Source of the DNA: Rhizophagus irregularis
Taxonomy: Eukaryota
Reading direction: 5' to 3'
NCBI RefSeq assembly: GCF_026210795.1
Contig: NC_089429.1
Location: 1,674,001-1,738,000, forward strand
Length of the DNA stretch: 64,000 nt
In this document: one piece after another, positions 41,800-55,600 of the stretch
Layout: every line of letters starts with the position of its first letter
How positions within the stretch are numbered: position 1 is the stretch's first letter
Made by a program: the position numbers and the translations under genes
Notes under the pieces: model-generated
Database searches by the model: none
What the model saw: the letters and a program-made list of their open reading frames with translations, nothing else
Told to the model about the DNA's origin: nothing

Positions 41800-42130
41800 T
41801 CACGTTTTCTGAGGCTTATCTGTATGGAAACAATGATGGTACAATTTACTCAGGGTTACAAGACCGATAGGGAGTACAGGGGAGTAAAATTCGTTGTTCA
41901 ATGCAAGAATTTTACTCAGCGTAAAGTAAATGGCTCCCTTGTTAGAGATTTCATTGTATGTATATTTATGATTATTTGAAATTAAATCTTATATGACCTC
42001 AACTAACTAAAGTCAATAATTATTCAGGGAGGATTGTCAAATTATCCACCAGATACCCTTGGCATTTTCGTTACATCAACTGGATGTTCGCAGTCATCAC
42101 TTGAGTTGGCAGAAAGTTCTGATTACTTAA
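41800..42130 (+). pseudogene. Mrr-like / PD-(D/E)XK restriction-endonuclease-fold fragment
   Basis: EYRGVKFVVQCKNFTQRKVNGSLVRDF, intron GTATGT...CAG, then GGLSNYPPDTLGIFVTSTG. The xQCK motif followed by VRDF...GIFVT is typical of Mrr_cat domains. The upstream part is frameshifted. Confidence 0.55.
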
Positions 42131-42639
42131 TACATCAAATTTAATTAAACAGTTTACATTATTATATGTAAACAAAAGAACGAAGACACAATTACGATCG
42201 AAAATGCCGAAATTGAAAACATTGAAGTTGAAGAAGGCTCCACTTTGTCCCTATTTGGAAATTGAAATAAAAGGCAAAGTGTCCCTAAGTAATATAAAAT
42301 TTAAAAATGCAATTGTGAAGAAAAGAAAGATAGATAATTAAGAAACTTTACCTTCGTATCCCCCCTGTGCTCCCTTTCCTTTTTATTTTTTCCCTTTCTA
42401 AAAGTTGATAAAACAATAAAAATATGCTTTATTGATGTTACTTTTTCTGTCAAAATGTTTGGAGTAGATGTTTGAGTAAAAAAATACTTTACTTTTCATT
42501 TTTCCCTTTCTAAAAGTTAATAAAACAATAAAAATATGCTTTATTGATGTTACTTTTTTTGTTAAAATTGTTTGCAATAGATGTTTAAGTAAAAAATATA
42601 TTACAAAATTTTTTAAAGCTTTAATACAAAATATTGTAC

Positions 42640-44060
42640 AATTTTATTTTTATTTTTATTTTTATTTCACAAAGTATACAAAGTCGAAGTACAAATTATA
42701 GGGACAAGTTAAAAAAATGCCAAAAATAATTCTAACACTAACCGCCAAATCGCACCATGGCCTTTAAAACAATAGGAGACGGAGGTAATCCAAGAACACC
42801 TTCAGGACCCATGCAAGTTTGAGGTAAGAAAAGAAAGGGTGATAATAAAAATGATTAATTTAAATTAAAAAATGAATACAAAAACAAAAAATTAAAAAAT
42901 AAAGAAAATAAATCTGTATTATCAAATAATAAACTATCTCTATTGGATTCCCAGGAACCAGCATGTAAAAAATTGCTTGATGTCCATCTAATGTGGGCTG
43001 TGTTATCAAAGAAGCCTAAGGGCGTATAATGGAACGTCGCGTGTGTTGATCCGTTAATTGTGAATCTGTAGTATGAAGCGCGTCCCGTTGGTTGTGATTA
43101 TTCTTATTGTGATGATTTTTGAAATAAACCTTTTTTTTCTTTTTAGTCACATTGATGGTAGCTTTCCATTCTTTAAAAGCGGTACTATGTTTGTTTCATT
43201 TCAAAGTGATGCTTTTCAAAAAGCCTCAAACTGGGGTTTCTTTTTGCTTATGTAATTGTAAAAAATTAGTGATAGGTCCGATTGATGTATCGAAAGGTAA
43301 AAGGGTGCGTAGTAATTGGTAAAATATTTCTGAAAAAGCAATCAAAAAAAGGAGATGATTTGATAGCATCTATTAGGCTGGAAACCAGCCCTTTAGCGTG
43401 ATCTTTGATATTAGCGTTGAATAAAATATCTTTGTGACGAATGGTTATGTCCACGCAACTATTTTTGTGAACCCATGTGTTATTGTCGGTTGTGGAGTTG
43501 CATTCCACGCATGGTAGTTTGTGGCCAGGGTAGAGTTTGAGATAATTGCGCTGTTGAATGTAAGCTGTTGGATAAATGGAGTTTAATTTTCTTAAACATG
43601 ATCTTTGTGTTTTTGACAATTTGTCATATATTGGTGTGTCTAAGGGATTGAGGTTAGACCATTCTTGGTAAAAGTCCAATGTTTCCACTAACGATCTGTT
43701 GGCTAATCGGGCCATCTCCGTGTTATTGATCATAGAATTAAAGATTAAGGGTTGGGTTATATTGTTGCTCCATTTTCTGATGTTTTGATCATTTTGATCA
43801 ATCACGTAAATGTTGTTCCATTTGATTAATCCTAGGCTATTATTATGAAAAAAATTAAAATTAATAATTATCGTATCTTTGATATGTATGCCAGCATTGG
43901 CTAGCTCGTCGGCAATGCTATTCATGAGATCGTTGCTGTACCCCTTATTGACTTTTGTAGTGATAATTGGAGACGTTTGTGTTCGACCAAGTAAAAATTA
44001 AATCCCAGATTAGAAAGTTGTTTTGTTTGAGTTGGTGACGAGGACTGACCACTGGTGAAT
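42640..44060 (-). mobile_element. Non-LTR retrotransposon 3' portion (RNase H end, Cys motif, C-terminal motif, A-rich tail)
   Basis: KGYSNDLMNSIADELA (RNase H N..AD.LA), LYPGHKLPCVECNSTTDNN, HIRWTSSNFLHAGSWE, and an (AAAATA)n tail at ~42640-42667 on the minus strand. Confidence 0.8.
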
Positions 44061-44799
44061 GTAGTCATTGGTAATAATTGTTTATTATTTGTTTTGTATG
44101 TCTATCAGTTTCTTTTCAGATTCTGTTAAGTTTTGTACGAATTTTTTTTTTAAAAAATTCTTTTTATGTCACAAAACGTTATTAATGCTTCGTTTTTTAT
44201 TTCCTTTAGCTTCATTTCGGCTTCAGAAGGTGAGGGCTTTTTTAAATTAACTTTGTGGAAACGTTTACTACTAGAACGAACCGGACTTTAAAGTAAGAAA
44301 CGAGGGGATTATTTTTTTAAGAAACGAACTAACGTTTTTTTTTCGTTATTTTTTTTTGTAGGTGCTGGCTTGGACACGAAACCGGACTTTAAGGTAAGAA
44401 ACGGAGAAGAGGGGGATTCTTTTTTTTTTTAATTTAAGAAGCAACCTAACGTTTCTTTCACTGTTTTTTTTTTTGTAGGTGCCGGCTTGGTGACTCGAAA
44501 ATTATATGTTATGGTTCATTGAGGTAGAATGATTGCAGAAATAATTTGCTTGTACCTTCAAAGTCAACTTCGGTTTATTTAAACATATATATGAAAGATT
44601 TATACTTTTATTTTTTACTTTTTCAACAAGAAAGAAGAAAAATGACTTGTTAAACATACTCAAAGTATTATATTTATGGTAAATAAATTTTATAAATTAA
44701 ACAAATTTTCTTGCTAATGTTAATAAACCTTACATATTATATGACTTTATTTATACAGTAGTTGATAATATGAAAAACCTAACTAAATTAATTAAATTT

Positions 44800-46434
44800 T
44801 CATTCAATTTCTTTTACATAATTGTTAATATCAATAAACAAATCATAATAATTTAAAACTTGAATATCATATAATTTAAATTCCTCTACTTCATCTTTCT
44901 GAGAGAACAAATCTTCATCCTTTCCAATTAAAGTTTCTAAAATAGCCAAATATTTAACTCTTTTCTCTTTCATAATATATTTTTTTATGTAAGGGACAAT
45001 ACTACTTTTATTTACCCTATTTCTAATTACCAATTTATTTATAAAAGAATTTTGTGAATTTTTTAAAAACATTTCAAGATCATTTGTGTCAAAAATAAGT
45101 TGCAAGTATAGGTATTCTAATTTAAAAGGAAGAATTTGTCCTAAATTTTGTAATATAACAGAACTATTTTCACTATGAAATGATCTTATAAAAAGATAAT
45201 TGAGATTTTGTTTAATATTTTCGATTAAATTTAATCCTAAATTAATATCATTCCGATTATTTATTCCAGCAAATAATTGTAATAACTTAATTTTATTACA
45301 ATATCTTATAGCTAATTCAAATATTTCTTTTAATGATTGTGAATTACCAATGCTACCAAAATTTTCTAAATAATTACCAGATTTTTGTATAAGGAATTTT
45401 AATGATTCAACTTGTAAAATTTCTTTCAAAAATAAAGTTTTTAATTTAAATGGTTTAGTGATATTATTAATTTGTTGAATAAAGTTAGAATCCAGAGAAC
45501 GACATTTAATAATATGAATTGATTCTAAAACATTCAATTGATTGAATACTTCACCTAAAACAGTTATATTTTTAAAATCAATAAAATGAAATATAATTGT
45601 GTTTAATTTATTTGAAAAATTAGGATTTAATAATAAGTGATATGAGAGGGAATAATTACAACTAAATGAAATCTTTTTAAGATTTTCTTGAGAATTAATA
45701 ATTTGTGATAAACATTTTTCGATTGGATAATTAATGTTAAATGATGGAAATAAAAAATAAAGTGATGAAATTGAATTACAATTAGAATGAATACATCCTA
45801 AAATTTTTATTATGTTATCATTCTTAACATAAAAATCCAATCTAAAATTTTTAATATTATAAATGAAATTCGGTTTTTGTAAAATTAATTCAAAAATCTC
45901 ATTAAAATATTTATGTTCTCTATAATAATGTAACGTAATTTCAAAACTATTTAAATTTACTTCATTTTCAATGAATATTAAAAATAATGATTTATAAATT
46001 AATTTTGTAAAGTTTGATTTTTGTGATAATGATAATTTTATATTTTGTATAAAATAATTAGATTTAGTTGAATTTCCGATAGTATCAACCCATTTTACGA
46101 CGGAGGAACAAACTTTAGATGTATTTAAACGTTGAATAAAATTAGAATAATTAAATAACGTATTTGAAGGAAATATATCCTTTTGAGTTAAATATTCTTC
46201 TAGTTTTATTTTGTAATCATCGTTTAGTTTATGTAAGTAAATTTCAATAAAGTGATAATTTTTAGGAAATTTCATTGAAAATGGATCTTCCCATAATAAT
46301 GGGATTGCTATACGACACCATAATCTATTAACTAATATACATGAATGTAATGTTTTATAATCATAATGAAAATATTGTATAGCCTCGTTTACTAACTCAG
46401 GTAAATCTCCTGAAAATAACTTTGAACATGTCAT
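44800..46434 (-). CDS. F-box / RNI-like LRR protein (544 aa, intronless)
   Basis: MTCSKLFSGDLPELVNEAIQYF...LHSCILVNRLWCRIAIPLLWEDPF; paralog of 9525-11168. Confidence 0.87.
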   Translation of the reverse strand: MTCSKLFSGDLPELVNEAIQYFHYDYKTLHSCILVNRLWCRIAIPLLWEDPFSMKFPKNYHFIEIYLHKLNDDYKIKLEEYLTQKDIFPSNTLFNYSNFIQRLNTSKVCSSVVKWVDTIGNSTKSNYFIQNIKLSLSQKSNFTKLIYKSLFLIFIENEVNLNSFEITLHYYREHKYFNEIFELILQKPNFIYNIKNFRLDFYVKNDNIIKILGCIHSNCNSISSLYFLFPSFNINYPIEKCLSQIINSQENLKKISFSCNYSLSYHLLLNPNFSNKLNTIIFHFIDFKNITVLGEVFNQLNVLESIHIIKCRSLDSNFIQQINNITKPFKLKTLFLKEILQVESLKFLIQKSGNYLENFGSIGNSQSLKEIFELAIRYCNKIKLLQLFAGINNRNDINLGLNLIENIKQNLNYLFIRSFHSENSSVILQNLGQILPFKLEYLYLQLIFDTNDLEMFLKNSQNSFINKLVIRNRVNKSSIVPYIKKYIMKEKRVKYLAILETLIGKDEDLFSQKDEVEEFKLYDIQVLNYYDLFIDINNYVKEIE

Positions 46435-49400
46435 GTTGTTAATAAGTACAGAGAAAAGGGGATTCTGAAATTAAAAATATTTATCATGGGAATTTCGCAC
46501 AAGTTATTGTAGATCTAAAAATTTTGTGCGACAAATATCGGCTACCAGAAATGACGTCATTTCTCGAGTCTAGATTACTAGATGTTACACATTTCCTTTT
46601 GGGATAGGCTTAATGCCGACCAGAATTATGTTGTAATTTTAACTTTTCCTATGACCCGGCTCCCGAAAATTAGATGACGTCATTTCTGCCCATCCACTAA
46701 TTTTCCAAAAAGATTTGCACAGTACCACCCGCCGCTTGTCAATAGATAATCGTCATACATATCCGCCGACTTGCAATTTTGTAAATTTATCAGTTTTAAA
46801 TGACATTTCACAACCTGATCAAATCCGTACTAATCATTGATTTTACAATAAATTTCGGTTGAGAGTTAAGTTTTGGGTTTTATTTTTGATCTTTCTTTTT
46901 TTTTTATTGAAACTTTTCTTTTATTAAAGTCAACGCTTTTTTTAATACTAATTTAATTTCTTTTTATATTGGAATGTTTTTACTAATTAATTTTTGTTAA
47001 TTTAGGAAATTGAATAGTGATTTTACAGACTTTTTTTGTATCTGGAGGGAAAGATTTTTATTTTTTTTTTATATTATTAATGTTTGATTTTTTCTTTTTT
47101 CAAGATTACGTAATATTTTTGGTTCTTTTTAGTGAGGTGCTGTAACCATCTAATCTATATATTTTATACTATGTTTATATGCTGATAATTAGTTGATACT
47201 GAATGTTTTAAATTTTTTATTTAATTTTTTTTTAACAAGCGAAGTCTTATGTGAATTTACCTAGTGATTTTCTGCAGATCGACGGATATGATTTCTTCTA
47301 TTTTTTGCATTTCTATTTGTATTAATTTATTAGATTTACAATAATTAAATCAATTGTTATATTTTGTAAAATAAAAAATAATTGAATCCAAAGAACCAAT
47401 TTTTTTATTAAAAAAATCATTTTTAAATCAAACTTCGTTACATTAAGTATTCAGAAATATACCATACAATAATCCAGGTCGGAACCTGGCTAAAACCTAT
47501 AAAAATATTGAAGAAATATTAATAAAATGTTGCAAAAAAAAAAAAAATTTGCAGATTTTGAAGTTAAATATTTGCAATTTTATAATTCCGTAATAGTCCA
47601 CAATTTTGTTAATTGCGATATCACAATTGATACAGTATTGATTCATCGCAAAAATAATCAATTATTTTTTGAATTTTTATTAATACAAGTAAAAAAAAAA
47701 ATTTTCATTAATAAAATTTTTTAAAAGAATAATTTTGTGTTAAAAAAAACGAAATCAGATGGTTAATTTGATTTGTTTTTTAATAAAAATTTTATTTTGA
47801 ATCTTATCAATAAATTTTATTTACTATCAATAAAAAGTAATAAAATTTCTCTAGAATCACTAACTTCGGACTTCGGAGAAGACTTCTTTAGCTTTTTGTC
47901 CGTAACCACGTTCCCCTGGTTTCTTTCTGTGACGACTCTTTCGAAGACCTTTTGCCAGGAGAATTCTTCTCTGGTGTTTGTTGACCATTCTTTGGCTATC
48001 TAGATATTTATCCAAATATGTGAAGGGTTACCAATCATCCTCGTGGGTTTCCAAAGCCTGCAATCTTGAGATGCTACTTATTTTGTTTTTTGATTGTCAT
48101 CGAGATAGTATTCCTCCATTCCGTTAATTTAAACTTTTTTTCGGAATCAAGGATATTGGTATATCGTAAATCATAATGACTCGGATATTCGGCTTTATTT
48201 CTTTCGAGTAATGATGGATTTGCGCATCGTGCTTTTTTGGACGATTTGGTTGGGTGTTGATCATTCTTTTCTTTCCCTACCGTGACTCGGAAATTTCATC
48301 CTCATGACTTTTGATTGGTTCATCTCCTTTTCTAATTCTATTACGTTCGGTAGTAATGTAGTACTCTCCTGTTACGGTTGCTGCGGTGATTGCGTTTCAT
48401 TTTGTTCTTTTCGTCCAAAGAAGAACCTGTAGCGAGGTTAGCTTTATGTGTTCTATATCCTATGCAAGCGCTGTCGCTGGCATAGGCCTCTTTCATTAGC
48501 ACGGCAAGGCAGCGTTTAGAGGGCTAGCTTGTGGTCCAAAGGATTTTACAAGTTCTCTTGGCATCATCTAATAATATTCTATAAAACTCTTTGCATATTC
48601 TTTCATAGATTTTTTTCCTTCCGGACAGTTTGTTCCATGGTTATATGTTGTTTTGGCATTTTTTTAAAAAAAAATAAAAATTTTTTTTTACTGCGGTTTG
48701 TTAATAAATATTAAACAAACAGGAAAGAAATTTTTTTTTATTTCATTTCCTAGTATACAGATATCTGACAAAAACTAGCATTAATTATTATTGAAAGGTG
48801 TCTTACATATTATTTAATATGAGTATAAAAAATCTAACAAAAATAAATTAATCTATTTTATTTTTTAATTATCACTAAATTATAAGGATTGAATGATCTT
48901 TTCTGATTTTTTTTCCTTCCCAATTTAATGGTTTTTAACTTATCTCATTAAATTAAAATTATTATTAATACTACAACAGTGTTACATTTCATCAAATTCG
49001 GATACAATACATATAAATTAAGCTTAATTAACTTTAATATTTTTCTAATTTTTGCCAACCGTAATTATATTAATATTATTTGTTATTTTACTCATTTATG
49101 AAAAATATAATAGCAAGATAAAATAAAACGTCAAAAAAAATTAATTATTGGTTTACTATATTTTTTGGTTAATTTTTGCGTTAAATAACTTGCATATGAG
49201 TGTATATTAAATTATAATTATAAAATTCTAAATTATATATATATATATTTTTTAGACACTTTATAGCGTAAATTTGAATGGTTTAAACATAATTAAGGTT
49301 CGTTGTTTTAAAAAAAGGTTGCACTTTTTTCGTGGTTGCACTACATTAGATGTATCACGGTCATACTTGTCGCTCATATTCCAAAAAGGAAATTACAATA

Positions 49401-49670
49401 ATAAATGATCGGCGAGTACATTGTTACAATTTCCTTTTTTGAAAATGAACGACCAAAACACAATCATGTTTATTATTAATTTTTTTTAAAACAATATGAA
49501 TCTTATTTACTATTATAACAGTTATGTTGCCGATTTATTATATTTTTGGAAAATTAAAACCGGAAACTCCCAGATAAGATCTTTGTGTAAATGATATACA
49601 ATACTTATATATATTCGCATCCCTAAATATTACAAATTATTTTCCACTCATTTATTTTGTATTTTGTAAT

Positions 49671-52600
49671 TAATCAGGATGTAAGTAAATCATTTTTTAA
49701 AATCAAAGTTTCATAATTATTTTGTCATTAGATAACACTTCATTTCCCTAATCAATTACTGATCAATTATAATTCAATTAATCAGGGAGTAAGTAAATTA
49801 TTTTAAAATCAAAGTTTAATAATGATTTTGTCATTAAATAACACATCATTTCTCTAATCATCACAATTCAATTAAATTACCAGTGAGTGAGTATTAACTT
49901 TAATAATAATTTTTAACATTAAAGTTTCTGTCATTAAATAACACATCATTTTTTTAATAAAATCATTGATTAATCATAATTCAATTAAATTACCAGACGG
50001 TAAATGCATCATTTTAAAATCAAAGTTTCATAACAATTTTATCATTAATCATTCTCTAATCAATTGCTGATCAATCACAATTCAATTAAATTACCAGACT
50101 GTGAGTATAAGATTTTGTGATTATTTTTAAAATCAAAGTTTATCATTGAATAACACTTCATTTCTAATCAATCACAAATCAATTAAATTACCAGATGGTA
50201 GGTGCATCATTTATAAAACCAAAGTTTCATAATAATTTTGCCATTGAATAACACTTTATTTCTCTAATAAATTAATCAATCATAATTCAATCATCAGGGA
50301 GTAAGTAAATTATTTTAAAAATTAAAGTTACATAATGATTTTGCAATCCATTTCCCTAATCAATTACTGATCAATCATAATTCAATCATAATTCAATCAT
50401 AATTCAATCATCAGGGAGTAAGTAAATTGTTTTTAAACCAAAGTTTCATAATGATCTTGTCATTAAATAACACTTCATTTCTCTAATCAATTACTGATCA
50501 ATCACAATTCAATTAAATTTACCAGACTGTGAGTATAAAATTTCATGATCGTTTTCAAAATCAAAGTTTTATAATGATTTATCATTGAATAACTCTTCAT
50601 TTCACTAAACAATTATTGATCAATCACAATTCAATCATCAGGGAGTAAGTAAATTATTTATAAAATCAAAGTTACATAATGATTTTGCAATTCATTTCCC
50701 TAATCAATTACTGATCAATCATAATTCAATCATAATTCAATCATCAGGGAGTAAGTAAATTGTTTTTAAACCAAAGTTTCATACCGATTTTGTCATTGAA
50801 TAACACTTCATTTTTCGAATCAATTATTGATCAATTACAATTCAATTAAATTACCAGATCGTGAGTATAAAATTTCATGATTATTTTTAGAATCAAAATT
50901 TCATAATGATTTTGTCATTAATAACATGTAATTTCTCTAATCAATTATTGATCAATCAAATTCAATTAAATTACCAGACTGTGAGTATCAGATTTCATAA
51001 TCATTTTTAAATCAAAGTTTCATAATGATTTTATCATTGAATAACACTACATTTCTCTAATAAATTACTGATCAATCATAATTAAATTAATCAGAAAGTA
51101 AGTAAATTATTTTTAAAATTAAAGCCTCATAATAATTTATCATCAAATAACACATCATTTCTCTAATCAATTGCTGATTAATCACAATTTAATTAAATTA
51201 CCAGAGGGTAAGTGCATCATTTTTAAAATCAAAGGTTTATAAATGATTTTATCATTTTATCATTGAATAATAGTACTTCATTTTTCTAATCAATTACTGA
51301 TCAATCACAATTCAATTAAATCACCAGATTGTAAGTATTGGATTTCATGATCATTTTTTAAAATCAAAGTTTTATAATGATTTTGCCATTAAGTAATATT
51401 TCATACTCTAATCAATTACTGATCAATCACAATTCATTTAATTACCAGACTGTAAGTATAAGATTTCATGATCATTTTAGATCATTTTTAAAAATAAAGT
51501 TTCATAATGATTTTATCATTTAATAACACTTCATTTCTCTAATAAATTATTGACAAATAACAATTCAATTAAATTACCAGGCCGTAAGTATAAGATTTCA
51601 TTATTGTGTTTAAAACAAAGTTTCATAATGGTTTTATCATTGAATAACACTTCTCTTATCAATTGCTGATCAATCACAATTCAATTAAATTACCAGACCG
51701 TGAGTATCAGCATTTTTAAAACAAAAGTTTCATAATGATTTTGCATTGAATACTTCATATTTCTAATCAATTATTAATTAATAACAATTCACAAAATTAC
51801 CAGAACGTAAGTATTTAATATTATGATCATTTTTATAATCAAAGTTTCATAATAATTTTATCATTAAATAACACTTAATTCTTCACAATTCAATTAAATT
51901 ACAGAATGTGGGTATCAGATTTCATGATCAATTTTAAATCAAAGTTTCATAACAATTTTGCCATTAAATAACATTTCATTTCTCTAATCAATTATTGATC
52001 AATCACAATTCATTAAATTACAAGACCGTGAGTATCAAATTTCATGATCACTTTTAAAGTCAAAGTTTTATAATGATTTTATCATTGAATAATACTTCAT
52101 TCCTCTAATTAATTATTGATCAATCACAATTAAATACCAGACCGTGAGTACTAAGATTTCAGGATCATTTTTAAAATCAAATGATTTTATCATCAAATAA
52201 CACTTCATTTCCCTAACTAATTCTTGATCAATCACAATACAATTAAATTACCAGACCGTGAGTGCTAAGATTTCATGATCATTTTTAAAATCAAAGTTCA
52301 TAATAATTTATCATTAAATAACATTTCATTTCTTCAATCAATTACTGATCAATCACAATTCAATTATATTACCAGACCGTAAGTATAAAATTTCATGATA
52401 ATTTTTAAAATCAATGTTTCATTTCATAATGATTTTATCATTGAATAACACTTGATTTCTCTAATCAATTACTGATTAATCACAATTCAATTAAATTGCC
52501 AGACCGTAAGTATAATAATTTTAAAATCAATGTTTCATAATGATTTTATTATCAAATAACACTTCATTTCTCTGATTAATTACTGATAAATCGCAATTCA

Positions 52601-55600
52601 ATTAAATTACCAGACTGTGAGTATAAGATTTCATGATCATTTTTAAAATCAAATGTTCAAAATGATTTTATCATTAAATAATACTTCATTTTTCTAATCA
52701 ATTACTAATCAATCACAATTCATTAAATTACAAGACCGTGAGTATAAGATTTCATAATTATTTTAAAATCAAAGTTTTATAATGATTTGTCATTAAATAA
52801 CACATAATTTCTCCAATCAATTATTAATTGATCACAATTCAATTAAATTCCCAGAGGGTAAGTGTATCATTTTTAAAATCCAAATTTTATAATGAATTGT
52901 TATTAAATAACACATTCTCTAATCAATAATTTAATTAAATTACCAGACGGTAAGTACATAATTTTAAAATCAAAGTTACATAATGATTTTATCATTGAAT
53001 AACACTTCATTTCTCTAATAAATTACTGATTCATTAAATTACCAGACTGTAAGTATAATTATTTTTAAAATCAAAGGTTTAAAATGATTTTATTATTAAA
53101 TAACACTTTATTTCTCTAATAAATTACTGGTTATTTACAACTCAATTAAATTACCAGACCGTAAGTATAAGATTTCATGATCATTTTAAAATCAAAGTTT
53201 CATAATGATTTTATCATTAAATAACACTTCATTTCTATAATCAATTACTGATTAATCACAATTCAATTAAATTACCAGATTGTAAGTATAGGATTTCATG
53301 ATCATTTTTTAAAATCAAAGTTTTATAATGATATTATCATTAAATAAAACATCATTTCTCTAATTAATTATTGATTAATCACAATCCAATTAAATTACCA
53401 GAGGGTAAGTACATCATTTTTAAAATCAAAGTTTTATAATGATTTGCTATTAAATGACACATTATTCTCTAATTAATAATCAATTAAATTACCAGAACGT
53501 AAGTGCATCATTTTTAAATCAAAGGTTTATAATGATTTTATCATTGAATAACACTTCATTTCTCTAATCAATCATTGGTCAATCATAATTCAATTTATCA
53601 GAAAGTAAGTAAATTATTTTTCTTATAATAATTTGTCATTAAATAATATTTCATTTCTCTAATCAATTACTGATTAACCCCAATTCAATTAAATTACCAG
53701 AATGTGGGTATAAGATTTCATGATCATTTTTAAAATCAAAGTTTCATAATAATTTTGCCATTAAATAACACTTCATTTCTCTAATTAATTATTGATCAAT
53801 CACAATTCATTAAATTACAAGACCGTAAGTATCAAATTTAATTATCATTTTTAAAGTCAAGGTTTAATAATGATTTTATCATTAAATAATACTTCACTTC
53901 TCTAATCAATTACTGATCAATCACAATTCAATTAAATTACCAGATCGTGAGTACTAAGATTCATGATTATTTTTAAAATCAAATGATTTTGTCATTAAAC
54001 AACACTTTATTTCTCTAATCAATTATTGATCAATCACAATTCAATTAAATTATCAGACCGTGAGTACTAAGTTTTTATGGTCATTTTAAAATCAAAGTTT
54101 CATAATGATTTTATCATTAAATAACATTTCATTTTTTTAACCAATTACTGATCAACCACAATTCAATTAAATTACCAGACCGTGAGTACATGATTTATAA
54201 TAATTTTTAAAATCAGAGTTTCATAATGATTTTATTATTGAATAATACTTTATTTTTCTAATAAATTACTGATTAATCCCAATTCAATTAAATTACCAGA
54301 CCGTAAGTATAAAATTTCATGATAATTTTTAAAATCAATGTTTCATTTCATAATGATTTTATCATTAAATAACACTTGATTTCCCTGATTAATTATAAAT
54401 TACAATTCAATTAAATTACCAGACTGTGAGTATAAGATTTCATGATCATTTTTAAAATTAAATGTTCAAAATGATTTTGTTATTAAATAATACTTCATTT
54501 CTCTAATCAATTACTAATAAATCACAATTCATTAAATTACCAGACCGTGAGTATAAGATTTCATTATTATTTTGAAATCAAAGTTTTATAATGATTTTGT
54601 CATTAAATAATACTTCATTTTTCTAATCAATTATTGTTTAATCACAATTCAATTAAATTCCCAGAGGGTAAGTGTATCATTTTTAAAATCCGAATTTTAT
54701 AAAGAATTGTTACTAAATAACACATTCTCTAATCAATAATTTAATTAAATTACCAGACGGTAAGTGCCATTTTTAAAATTAAAGTTACATAATGATTTTA
54801 TCATTGAATAACACTTCATTTCTCTAATCAATTACTGATCAATTACAATTCAATTAAATTACCAGACTGTAAGTATAATTATTTTTAAAATCAAAGGTTT
54901 AAAATGACTTTATTAATAAATAATACTTTATTTCTCTAATAAATTACTGGTTAATCACAATTCAATTAAATTACCAGACCGTAAGTATAAGATTTCATGA
55001 TCATTTTAAAATCAAAGTTTCATGATTGTTTTATCATTAAATAACACTTTATATCTCTAATCAATTACTGATCAATCACAATTAAATTAAATTACCAGAA
55101 TGTGAGTATAAGATTTCATGATCATTTTTAAAATCAAAGTTTCATAATGCTTTATCATTGAGTAACACTTCATTTCTCTAATCAATTACTGATCAATCAT
55201 AATTCAATTAATTAGAAAGTAAATAAATTATTTTTAAAATTAAAGTCTCATAATAATTTGTCATTAAAACAACACATAATTTCTCTAATCAATTGCTAAT
55301 TAATCACAATTCAATTAATCAGAAAGTAAGTAAATTATTTTTAAAATTAAAGTCTCATAATAATTTGTCATCATTAAGTAACACATCATTTTTCTAATCA
55401 ATTGCTGATTAATCACAATTCAATTAAATTACCAGAATGTGAGTATAAGATTTCATTATCATTTTTAAAATCAAAGTTCCATAATGATTTTATCATTAAA
55501 TAAACACATCATGGCTCTAATCAATTACTGATCAATCACAATTCATTAAATTATCAAACCGTGAGTATAAAATTTCATGATCATTTTAAAATCAAAGTTT

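Noticed and set aside
47860..48660. Higher-GC segment, possible retroelement ORF1/gag relic
   Set aside because: No intact ORF, zinc knuckle or termini that I could confirm.
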